In this document: in pieces, positions 49,476 to 60,956 of the stretch
How positions within the stretch are numbered: the stretch's first letter is position 1
Layout: each line of letters begins with the position of its first letter
Origin: Amoebophrya sp. A120
Taxonomy: Eukaryota > Protista > Dinoflagellata
Length of the DNA: 64,000 nt
Direction: 5' to 3'
Assembly: GCA_905178155.1 (NCBI GenBank)
Contig: CAJINV010000013.1
Location: forward strand, 2,600,158 to 2,664,157
Translations under genes and position numbers: made by a program
The notes under the pieces: model-generated
Database searches by the model: none
What the model was told of the DNA's origin: nothing
Seen by the model: only the letters and a program-made list of their open reading frames with translations

Positions 49476-52035
49476 CTTGAATTTGAAATAGTGATGAGGG
49501 ATGCAGTCGAGAAGTGCGGTAGAAAAGATAAAGATGATGTTGCTTTTACATACTTTTGATCTCTTGTGGCGCAATGACTCATCGAACAACAAAAAAGTTC
49601 AAGAGCAGGTCCCACCAGCGTAGTGTAGGCATACAAAAATGATCCTGCAGGGCGTTTTGCGAGAAGAATGTTAAGGCAGATCAAGTACGTGATCACCTTC
49701 GTAATCGTAGTTGCAAAAAAAAATACAGCAACAGGCAAGATCGCGACATGTCGCTTTTCACAGACCACGATGACGTAGCTGGACACTTTTCGAGCACACC
49801 GACGAGAGATGGTCACAAGAGCGCTCTATGAGTACGCCGACTACGATAAGCAAGATCGCCATTCACCGACAGCTCTTGCTGTTGCTCACAACAATCATCA
49901 CTGTATCTAGGTAGTATTGAAGAACCGTACTTCTTTGTCGCCTGGCGCTACAACTGCTAGTGGAGCCCTACACGTTTTTAAACCATCCACCGAGCATCCC
50001 TGTTAATATCACTACCGACGGGAAAACAACCGAGCTCCTGTTTATTTTTGTTTTTCATCAGAGACAGCTTGTCCTTGACTACACATCTTGATGACATTGC
50101 CTCGCATGCGTCTCATGATCATTTGTTTCAGGCACAGCGGCAAGCGAACAAAGGAAGCGACCAGAGCCGCATGAGCAGTGTAAGAAAGTAGTCGCAAACG
50201 AAGCAATACGCTCCTTCGAAAATCACTCTCCAACAACACCAACGCGCGCCGATGGACATGGATTGGCGCAAGAAGAAATAGCCGCTCCGGTCTCTCGCGC
50301 GAAGACGAAGCGCAAATGGCACGCATTCTCTCGCGGCCATCGGCACCGCCAGCCAATAGCGCAAGACGAGAGCGCGCACGCACGCGCCACCAGCGGAGGT
50401 GATAACGGAGATAGAACTTATACAGACGGCGCGGCCACGAGGATGCACCCCCAACGCCTCGCGGCACGGACCCAGCCCAGGCACCACCAGCGTGGCCGCT
50501 GTGGACTTTCTGGCACACCTAGGACGCCCCCACCGGGGGCGGGGAGCCAACCGCCGAACCAAAACGCGGGCGCGAGCGCTTCCCTGGCTGCCGCGAGTGC
50601 TGCGCGATGCATGTGGGACGCTCGGAGTGCTCCAAATCTGTGTCGTACTGGCAAGGCTCGGCAGACTTAGTAACTTTTTGGCTGCATTTTCTTCGGAATT
50701 GGAATACTTTTTGCAGTTTGAGTTTTCTTTTTCAAGTGGTGCGCAGTCGTAGTCGGTGCCGGGAGGAGTTGGGCAGTGGTCTCGTTCGCGTGACTTCGCA
50801 GCGGGTAGCGGTATGATCCAACGAACGACCGCGCCCCCTTGCTTGGGCTCCGCGCCGGCGTTCGGGGCCGTGGCTTCGCGGCGCGGCCGCCCTATCTTCT
50901 CGAGATGCCACCAGCGCCCGGATTGATCACCAGACCGGCAAACGTTAGCCCCTGAGGCTTTTTCGCGGGAAGAAACGAGGCGGCCCCGGCAGGCAGCCTC
51001 TAAACATCAACTGCCGGAAACAACCGGGCGCAGCACCAGGACAGGTAGGTCCGGTGCGCAAGCTAGATCAAAAACGGTTAAGGACACATGGAAGCGCAGG
51101 CATCGGCCGCCGTCTGCACTCTATCTCTCCCACCGTCGCAGTGTCGCTCTACTCTCTTTCCATGCACTACTAGAGGGCGACAACTCTTCTTGATGCATGA
51201 TCTCTGACTCTGCCTTGTCGCTCAAAAGTGTTCAATTTGACGCTTGGCAGCAAGCTTCATCATGCTCCCTTTCCTTTTTCTCTGCTCATCCGCACGGCCT
51301 GCTGGAAGGTCGTTACAGCCTCAGCCGCATTCGAACACCAACACCCCATCTGTAGTTATACCTGGAACTACTGAAGAAGGCAAAATGTGCGCAAACGCCT
51401 TTCTGCGCGCCATTGTGTTCTGTAGGTGCACTTAACCACACTTGAGATTGTTCAGCAGATCTGCCAGGCCGCTTGTACACTTGATTGGCGTGTAGTGCTG
51501 TTGATATAGCTCCCTTACTCTGCAGCGGCGCGGTTGAACATTGACTATTTAGGGACGATACTGCTGCGCTCTATGTGGCCAAGTATTACCTGGCAGGTAA
51601 GCCCCTGCAAAAAAGAAATTTAAATTTGACCTAATGTATGGAAGTATAATAGACGTGGTCCGTAGAAAGCAGAGAGCCAGAATCTCTGAGAAAGCGTGTA
51701 GAGAAAAAGTTACACGAGCTATCTCTCTACTCCCTTGCACCAGGCAGGAAGGAGGAGCTAGCGCGGTAAGTCAAAAATCCGAAATGTAGACTTCAGTACT
51801 GCCAAAGACAGTCTGACATAGACAGTGCTGTAAAGGAGGTGGGTTTCCAGTCATAAGAGCCAGCAATCCAATTTTCACCAGCTGTTGTGTGTCACTATGG
51901 TACAAAAAATGTAGAAGCAGCCGATGAGAATAATGGTAAGGCGTATGAGGCTGTAGTTCAGAAGACGAAAGACCGAAAGGGGGGTGAGAGAAAAAAAAAC
52001 CTGTAGCTGCGAGAAAGCAAAACACCTAGCTGTCG

Positions 52036-55000
52036 CTACCTGTACCCCATCCCCTGCCCCTTCATGGCCGCTTTGTCTTCCTTCATGGCGTTCTTCGCGT
52101 CCGCCTTCAGCTCCTTTTTCGTCACCTTTTTCTCGATCGCTCGTGGACAACAGCTGCGGCCGAACGCTTTTATCGGCCGCGGAATGTATAATGCGTCCTT
52201 AAAGGCAATCTGTATCTTTTCCCGGTCCTCCTCCGGCGTTATCGCGGTGAGCACGAATTTCTGCAGCGGCCCAGGCTTTCCGACGTAATTGGGGATCACC
52301 GGCCAGGGGTTTTCGATGCACTGCAGCCGGGTTTTCTGGTCCAGGTCGATGGCCGCAGTTTTCACCGTGGCAAGCTCCTGGTCGGTCATGGTGTAGGACT
52401 GGAGATTCCCGGCGAGGTTCAAGTACCGACTCCAAGGCCGGCTGTTCCAATCCTCCACTTTCTGGTTTAACTCCGGCCCTAACAGTAAACAGGATTTCTG
52501 TCGGTAGCAAAAGTCGGCGGAGAGCAACGCCTGGGATAAGTCCTGATCCATGTTGTACTGTAGTATGCAGAAACTCGCGTCGGTTCCCGTGTGGAACCCG
52601 CGGTTTATGCCCGTGCCCTGGGGCCAGAAGGGCTCCATCAAGGCGTCACCCACGGGGAAAATTGGGAGCAGTTTTTTCGGGTTCGGGTTCTATCAAATGT
52701 AAAAATGTCTGGGTCTGGAAGGGCGCAAGGTGTGTCATGCATAGTTTGCATGACTCCGGATGTCGGTGATGCATGCTCTAGCATCGCAGATTTTTTGAGG
52801 ACATCCTGATGCCTATACCGCATGAGAAATGCCCTCTCGCCGTGGCAAAAACCAGACCTCTTTTGCTGTTCATGCAATACAGATTTTTGGATAATGCAGA
52901 CGCAGCATCACAAGTTGCATTCTTCCAGACCCAGACATTTTTACATTTGATAGGTTCTCCTTCTTCACCATCGCTAAGTCGGCGTTGAAACCGTTCAATT
53001 GCTCCTTTAGCTCTTGTTTCTCCGCCTCAAACTTCTCGATTGTTGTTGTCTCCCTGGCTTTTTGCGTGTCCGAGACGAATTGCAAGCCGTGCCGCCTTTC
53101 TAAACACGTCCGGTCCAACCAGGCGATGGTCTTTTCGAGGAAGTTTGTCTCGACAAAGGCGAGTCGCGGTTCCGCGGAGTAGTCCATGGATAATATTTTC
53201 CCCGGTGTTGCGGTGGACTCCCCAAGAATTCGAAACGGCAAAGGTAGAGAGCTTCTCGAGCCGAAGTCAAACATCTTCGCCCCGTGGAAATCACAGAAAG
53301 GCACTGTCGTTGGAAGTCCAATCGCCGTGACAATTTCCCTACCGAGTTTGAACAGGTTCTCTTCGGAGATGTTGTCCCGTCCGATGAAATCCTTCCCGCC
53401 GATATCTTCCTTGCAGACCTTCTTGCTGAGCAGTGTCTTTTTCATAACGCAAATCGCGACGTAGTGCGTTGTCCCCCGTAGGTATTCCATAAATTCGAAA
53501 TCAATCCCAGCTGCTTTCAGCGCCGTTGCCGCGGGGCTGTTGAACGCCCCCTGCACAGTGAAATCTTGCACCTTATTCTCGGCCTTGTTTTTCGCATCTC
53601 GCCAGAGGTTGAGAACGATCGCGATAGCGCGAGAAAACTTCTGGATTTTCTTCGTGAACCCGAGTTTCTTACTGTTCGCGCTAGTCTCCCCCTCCGCGAG
53701 AACTAGCACGTCCGCTGATATGGTCATGTCAGGTTTGGAGGCGGCGAGCTTGCCATTCGACACCGCAAAGGTCGGGTCGAACGTGTTTACCTGTGAGTAG
53801 AGGGAACAAGGTTCTTGGCACGTCGTAGTTCATTGGTTTATTTGAATGATGCTAGGGTCAAGTAAGTATTCAAGTACATACGCTACGTAGGTCTCATCAT
53901 CAACACTATCTAGTTGTCTTCCTTTAATATTACAAAAGCTAATAGAAGTGAAGCCGAATCGTGCCAGGCAGCGAACAATAATGCCATGCGGTCGTGAAGC
54001 ATCCTGCTCTGTAAAAATACCTCAATCATCCCACACGCCCCGTCTGCTGCCCTCGCCTTGGCATCTTCGAACTTTCCGGCCTTCAAATCTAACACCCCGG
54101 TGGGCTCTACCCTTCCCGCGGGTTTTTTCAGCCCGACCGTCCACGTTCCAGAACTCCCGGAAACCGGCGGTGCTTCCAGCCCGATCGTCTCCCAATTGTA
54201 CAGGTATTTCACTCCGACGAGCAAACCGCACTTCAATAACGTTAATTGCAGTTCTCTTGTCCCCAAATGTGGTAGTTTGTCTCTATGCGAGAACAACGGG
54301 AAAAATTCCCGGCAGTTATACACCACCTGCACGTGCTCCGCGGTGCAGGCCCACATCGTGAGAATGTTGTGTCTGGAGAAGGTGTTCCGCTTCTCGACCA
54401 CCGTGACGTTCGCAAACCCGAGCATGTAGATGTCCAAAGCAGTGTGCAGGCCCACGGGCCCCGCGCCGGACACAATGACCTGCATGTTCGGGTCCTTGAG
54501 CGGCTTCGACGCTTTGCGCTTCTTCATCATCGGGACTAAATCATTAATCACTTTTTTCATGCGAAAGCTCAGCCCCGACAGTTCCGCGGCGGCGGCGAGC
54601 ATCGCCACCTTCGTTTCGAAGGACTTCGGATCGACGTTCTTCTCCCGGAGCCGCTGCTCACAGTGTTGCTGGAAGTTGTCAAACGACTCTAGCACCTTCA
54701 TGACCTCGTTCGACTCGAAAAAAGCCATGAAGTGATCCCGTAGCGGGTCCGACCCGTCGCCGGGATTTGCGGTTGGCGCGGGCGCCATGTAGGGTGGCGG
54801 GGTTTTCGTTACCGGGGGCGCTGGGGGCTCCGCGGCCTTCGGCGGTGGTGCTTGCTGCTGCTGCACCACTTCTTTCGCCGGTTGCGGTTCTGCCACCGCT
54901 TCTGCTGGTGGCTTAGTTTTGTTCCCGCCATGATTTCCGGTGGATTCCAATTTATTGGCGGCTATTTGTGATTGGATCTCGTTCGGGGGCTGTGCGGGGC

Positions 55001-58000
55001 TCAAAACCTGGCTGGGATCCACCAGGCTCGCTTTGGAGCCGCTCTTTCGGGGCGGCGAGTCGGATTTCTGGAAGATCGGGCTCGCAGACTGCGGCGCAGG
55101 CCGCGCTTTGTTGTTCGCAAAACTCTCGTTGATTCCCTCCAGCGGCGCATCCGCCTGCAAATTGCCGAATTTCAAGGGCGCGCGCTTCTCCTCCGCAATA
55201 CTGCCGGTGATTTTCGCCTGTTCTGTAGCAGCAGTAGCAGCTGCCTGGTCCTTGTTCAAACTCGCCGTTTGGGACAGCAATCCCGCCGTCCCCGCCGAGG
55301 ACGTCGGCGTTGGCAACAGGACGCCCGACTTCGTCGGCGGCAGCTGCTGTTCTTGCTGATTGTTGTTCAGGGAGGCATTTATCGCTGCTGCTCCGCCCAT
55401 GGACGAATTTGTGCTGACAATCACCTCAACGTTGTCGTCTTCAAACCCCTTACTAGGGATCACAATGTTTCCTCCTCCCGCCCCACGCGCCAGCTGCTTT
55501 TGGAAGGGACTAAAGTTGTTCGTCTTCTCCGGCGAGCCGGTTTTGGGCGGGGCGATCGGCATCGAATTCAACTTCGGCTCCTCTTTGACGTTGTGGTCCT
55601 CCGGCTTCTTTTCCACGGTCCGCAGCTGAAACTTCGCGAAAGCCGGGGCTTGCGAAGTTTCTTCCTTTTTCCCGAATCCGTCGAGGTCGTAGTTTTTCGC
55701 GACGACTTTTAACTTTTTCTTCGCGAAGACCGGATTGTCTTGCGGTGGCGGCTCGTGGAACTTGTTGACCCGCTGCTCGTCCTGCAGCCCCGCCTCGTCC
55801 GCGTGCACACTGCACTGCCGGTCCTTCGGCTTCTCGTTCGGCTGCGAGGGCTTCAATTTCGCCGACCAGTCCTCCGGGCCCTCCTGCTTCACCGCCGGAT
55901 TTTTCATGCCGGCCCGGATCGCCTCGATGTCGAGTCTCTGGGGCTTGTTGCCGGCGCCGTCGCCGTTCGTTATCCCCTTCAGGGGCTTGTTGAACCCCAG
56001 AGGCGTGAAGGTTTTGTTCGTCGGCAACCCCATGGGCATGCGGTTGTTCCCGACGGCGTTGCTACTCGGTGGCTTCGGCTGAGGCCAGGCCTTGACTTTC
56101 GCCTGCTTGTTCTTCGCGATTTGGTCCTTCAAGGACATACCACTATTCGAATCTGTCCGGTTGAAGTGCTGCGGCTCCGCCCTGCTTTTCGTCGCAGATG
56201 TTGTGGTTACCTGCGGACTTTTGTGGCGGTGTTCCTTTTTCTCTTTTTTGTGCTTGTGTTCCTTTTTCTCTTTCTTCTTCTTGATTCGCCTCCCTGCTGC
56301 ATCTGTAGTTGTAGTATCCTCTTCGCCGCTATCCGCAGATGAGTCCATACTCTGATCAGAGGCTCCTGCTGCGCCGGGCTGATTACTAGTATACCCAGGT
56401 GTCGTCGTGCTCGGCCCACTTAATATTTTCTCCGCGGCCGAAGCGCGAACAACTCCCCCCGGAGATGAATTATCTGCGGCAAAGTTGCTGACAATCTGTT
56501 GTTGCTGCCCACCAGTTGTACCGCTGCTCGGTGCAGCAATCGTCGCTGCGTTGACATGCTTGCCCAAATAGCCCATGTCGGCAGGTTTCGTTGCGTACGC
56601 CGTCCCTCCGGTACCCAGAGGGACGACCGCGCCCGCCGATGTGCCCCCGTCTTTGTTCTTCATAGTACTCAAGTACCCGGTGTCCGCCGCTTTCGTCGGG
56701 TAATATCCCGTCGTTCCCAGCGGGGTCACGGCGGCTGCGGAGTTTCCCCCCGCGGCGGCTTTGTTCATCCCCAAATAGTTCGTGTCCGCCGCTTTCGTCG
56801 GATAATATCCCGTTGTTCCCAGCGGCGTCACCGCGCCCGCGGAGGTGCCGGTATTTTTGTTCATGCTCAAATAATTGGTATCCGCCGCTTTGGTCGGGTA
56901 AGCGGTGTTCGTCCCCATCGGGGTCACGGCTACCGGGGAAATGCTCGCCTTCTTCTGGTTCAGGTAGTCCGTATTGGCTGCCTTGGTCGGATACGCATTC
57001 AGGGGACCCCCGGGGCCCAGCGCGATTTTGCCGTCCGGGTTGTTCACGTTGCGGTTTATGGGGTTTTTCAAGTAGTCCGTTTTCGCGGGCGCCGAGTCGT
57101 AGGCTGACAGCCCCGTCGGCGCCGGCTTGTCCGGGGGTTGATACGACACCTCCGGCGCGGGGAGCTCGTCCTGCATTGTCGTGGGTGGGCGATATGGTAT
57201 GGTAGATATCATGTGGAAAAGCGTACTAGTAACCGCGGCCCCATATTCATTGTCATGCACAGCTGAATGCTCAGAATGCGTCTCATGCGGCTCCGCAGGC
57301 GAGCCATAATTTTCTACTTATCCACGGTTGCGAAAGAAGTTCGTCACGTGCTAATAATCAAGGTAAAACAGTGGCTCCGTGAAGCAAATAATCTAGCTAG
57401 GCACGACTAAGCATATGACTGCATAGCGGCCATCATCAAACTTGTTGTCATGTGTGAGTCCTCTCAAGAACAAACCTCTTGGATTTGTCTTGCAGACTTC
57501 CCAGCCTGACAATGTATCTGAGCTGGGTCGTAGTACGTTTTTCCACAGGATAGCAGGCTCTTCTTCACCCTTCCCCGAGGGTGGCGGCGCGTCGCTTTGA
57601 ATGGGGTCGTTGCCTAACGGCGCGGCCGGCGCGTCGATGGCCTGGTCGCGGTTTGTCTCCTGCAATTTCTCGTTTAGCCTGTTAAGCGACTCCTGGATTT
57701 TGGCGGGGTCCCGGGTCTTCAACTTTTGCGCCACTTCGTCCAGCATATCCTTCCCTGCGCCGGGCAGGGCCCACTGGTGCGACCTGTTGGCGTCCTCGCG
57801 GTACTTTGAGAGGGACGTCTGCGTGTAGGACACGTTCTGTTTGGATTTCGGGTTTGACGCAGTGACAACCTCGGTGATCTGACTCTTCGTTAAACTCTTG
57901 CTTATATCTGGTGCACCGCTGGGGTGGCTTCCCTGCCCCGCCCCGGCGGCGGGTTTCATACCCTGATAATCCTCCTCCTGGGTGTCCGTCCGCTTCATGG

Positions 58001-59044
58001 AATGTTATCCAACGAGGCAAAACGAGTATCGAAAGTCTGTTCATCTTGGGTTTAACATAACTTTAAATCTGGTGGCTGGGTGCAACCAAACAAACACAAA
58101 GCCACGACATCAAAATTTCATATATATGAAAATGCTTGCACTGCTACTGATTCATAGATGACACGACTCGATCTTGTCAACAACATGTTGTAACACCAGT
58201 AAGTAGCATCAACCGGGCCCGCACTAAGTACGTTCGTTGCACATTTTCTCCAGCACGGCGCAACTACCTCGTACAACTTCTACGATAGACTTATGCAGTC
58301 GTTGGATAACTTTCTGTCCACGTTGATTTTGATGGCTTCCTCGGTGTTTCCGGTTGCGACCGCCTCAAACGTGTCTTCCCCCGGCCCGTTGGAGCCCCGG
58401 ATGCTCGCGTTCACGTGCTTCAAATTGTTGATCTGCTTCATCGCTTGCGAGACGTATTCGGGCGTGGTGTTGGGGCCCTTTTCCGGAGGGAGTCGCTTCC
58501 CGTCCGGAGCCGTGTTTTCCAACAGTTCCTCCGGGACCTGGACCTTGTTTGGGGCAGCAGCAGCAGCTTCCGGTGTTGTAGTTGTGCCAGGATCTTGATG
58601 CTGTTCATCTGCGGGTGCAGCTCCGTCTCCCGCTGGTTCAGCAGTCGCAGCCGAGGGGCGATTTGCTACTATCTTCTCCCCCTTGCTCTCTAACTGGGGC
58701 CCCTCGTCTGCCACGACCACGGCCGCATCCTCAGCTGGTGCAGTTGTACCTTCACCGCCAGCAACAGGCGGTTGCTCAGCCATGGCCGCGCTCGCACGCG
58801 GGCCGGCGGGGGTTGTAGCTGCAGCGGCAGCGGCAGCGTCTTTCTCCTCCTTCTTCTTCTTTTTCTTGGAAGTCACGTCGCTTTCCGCAATATCTCCGTC
58901 GGACGCCACACTGGAGGCCGAGCTATTCTTCGGGGAAATTCGGGCGCCGCCCGAGGGGGTAGCCTCCAGCTTGTCCGCCACGGGTTTCAGGGTGTCCTTC
59001 TCGTTGCCCTGGATCTGACGCTGGAGCGCACTCCCTAGCTTCAT
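52036..59044 (-). CDS. MICAL-like FAD-dependent monooxygenase, paralog 2, with long repetitive N-terminus; upstream exons 57393-57998 and 58280-59044 tentatively included
   Basis: Catalytic region nearly identical in protein sequence to paralog 1. Split by introner 52691-52952 and GT-AG intron 53791-54020. Shares the QEGPEDWSAKL motif with paralog 1. Confidence 0.82.
52691..52952. mobile_element. Introner, family A3 (262 bp)
   Basis: Perfect 31-bp TIR. DR ggttc. Excision restores KKEN|PNPKKLLPIFPVGD, matching the uninterrupted paralog. Confidence 0.96.
56560..57090 (-). repeat. Coding tandem repeat, about 5-6 units of ~30 aa (VTPLGT..YPTKAADT.YL)
   Basis: Repeated YPTKAANTDYL, YPTKAADTNYL, YPTKAADTGYL and YATKPADMGYL in ORF 53910-57260. 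Confidence 0.88.
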
Positions 59045-60956
59045 AGCTCCTTCTTCGGCGGTTTTATTTTGAGGTCGAACTTTGGGTAGTTCTTAGAAAT
59101 AAATCAGCATGATGAATGTCAAAATGCAAAAAAAAAGTTTGAGACATAATCAATCACGTGCCTCTGGATCTCATTCTCGGTGCCGCAATGTGGTGATCAA
59201 GCATAGTAGGTACTGCAGCTTGGGGTGGAGATAGAAAAAGCTTGTCTTCGTAGTGCAACATAATGAGAAGTGAAGATTTAGGGCGCAAAGAAAGAAAGAC
59301 CAAGGCGAGCGAAGAAAATTTTATTCTAGTGTGGAATGCTCATTTTGTGCATCATTTATCGCAAAAATAGAGGTGGTTTGTTGTAGGTCATCCTGATCCT
59401 GTGTATGCATGAAGATGACAACGTGCATGGATGAAGATGACCACGTATCACGTTAACTACTGAAGATGAAAGCAATGCCGACCGATGTAAAAGCTATGCC
59501 GACCGGTGAGATCTCTCCACAGGGCTGCAAGCCACGACAGCCACACAGGTTCTTCGACCTGGCTGCAGATCGCTACCGAATCAACCGAGCAAAGAGTTCC
59601 GAAACCGAGAGAAATCTTTTACTATTTCAGTAAAACCGAAGAGCTTTCCATATCAGATGAAGTACCTCGTAGATGAGGGTGCTGCAGCATTTTCCAACTA
59701 AGTATCAGTTAACCGAGCCTTCCCACTAGTTGCAGCTGCAACTGTACAAAAATTTGGCTCCGCTTCCGGACTGAGCGGGACAATAGCAACAGTTTTCTTG
59801 CTCGGTGTCGGTGTGCCGTCAGCAATATGCCGTTGCTGTTGCTGAGGGGAACCACTACAAATTCGACGCTATTCACAAGCGCTTTGTTTTTTCTTTGAAA
59901 GACTCCATCGCGAAATTATCCAGCAAAAATTTGTCCTTGTCCCGCGGGATCACCGTGCATAAAAATCTCTGTCCACAGCGCGGGCTGGGTAAGCCCCCTG
60001 CGCATCAGAAGATCCATTCTTTCACCTTCTGCTGGTACTATTACGCTTGGGTTTATTTGAGAGAGAGGCTACGCTTTTACTTTTACATACTGCTTGATGT
60101 GACACTTTGGTGGCAGTAGCAGGAGCAGCACTACAGCAGCGCATGACTAGTTCACTGGTTCCATGACTTACAGAGCAGTGCAATTTTTGCTCTTGAGGCT
60201 CTTAGTCTAATGCGGTACTGCAGATTTTTCTGCCTTACAAAATTTTAAAACAGATGAAAAGATAGCTGTCTTTTTCGCTAATTTAAGCGTAGTCGTATAC
60301 GTGCCTCCAGAAATTCGGTACAGCTCAATTAAATATATTACTTCGACAGGACTCCCAGAAAAAGCTCGTATCATGTTATGCAAAGTAAATAAACAACTTG
60401 TGACACTAATTACTGCATTGAAATCGAACAGACATTTTGATCATGGCAGCGCGAATGCCACAGGTTCCGGTGCAACGTCTGAACTTAAAGAAACTACTAG
60501 AATCTTATAATTAAGCAGCTAAATCTTGATCCCTAAACCCAATAATTCCTTTCCGCCCCATAAAGATTTCCAACAACTAACACATGCTTGTTCCTCCTTA
60601 CCCAAACATCTGTTGAAAGCCACATCTGCAAGCGCAGACAAACTTGTTAGTGCTCATAAACATCTGTACCGCCTCGAAATTTGCATACTACCATCGAGCA
60701 GGCTGGGATGACGCGCACGACCGTACCAGCAAGCTCAAGCTGCTTCGATAGATTTGATATTTTACACATACCAGACCTGATGCTCCTCGTCCTTTCGCAA
60801 GCAGCGAGAAAAACGAAGAAGCAAGAGAAGCCGGTACAACAATCTTATTCGACTTTTTAAGTTATTTGTTATTGTCAAGTGATCGGTGCCACCATGTAGG
60901 TGTTTCTACGTATTGGTATTTTCGCAGAAAACAACAGGCACTGAAGCTGTGCATTT

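Noticed and set aside
44574-51080. One large element bounded by ttaac (44574) and gttaa (51080), like the nested transposon
   Set aside because: No extended TIR match and no flanking target-site duplication.
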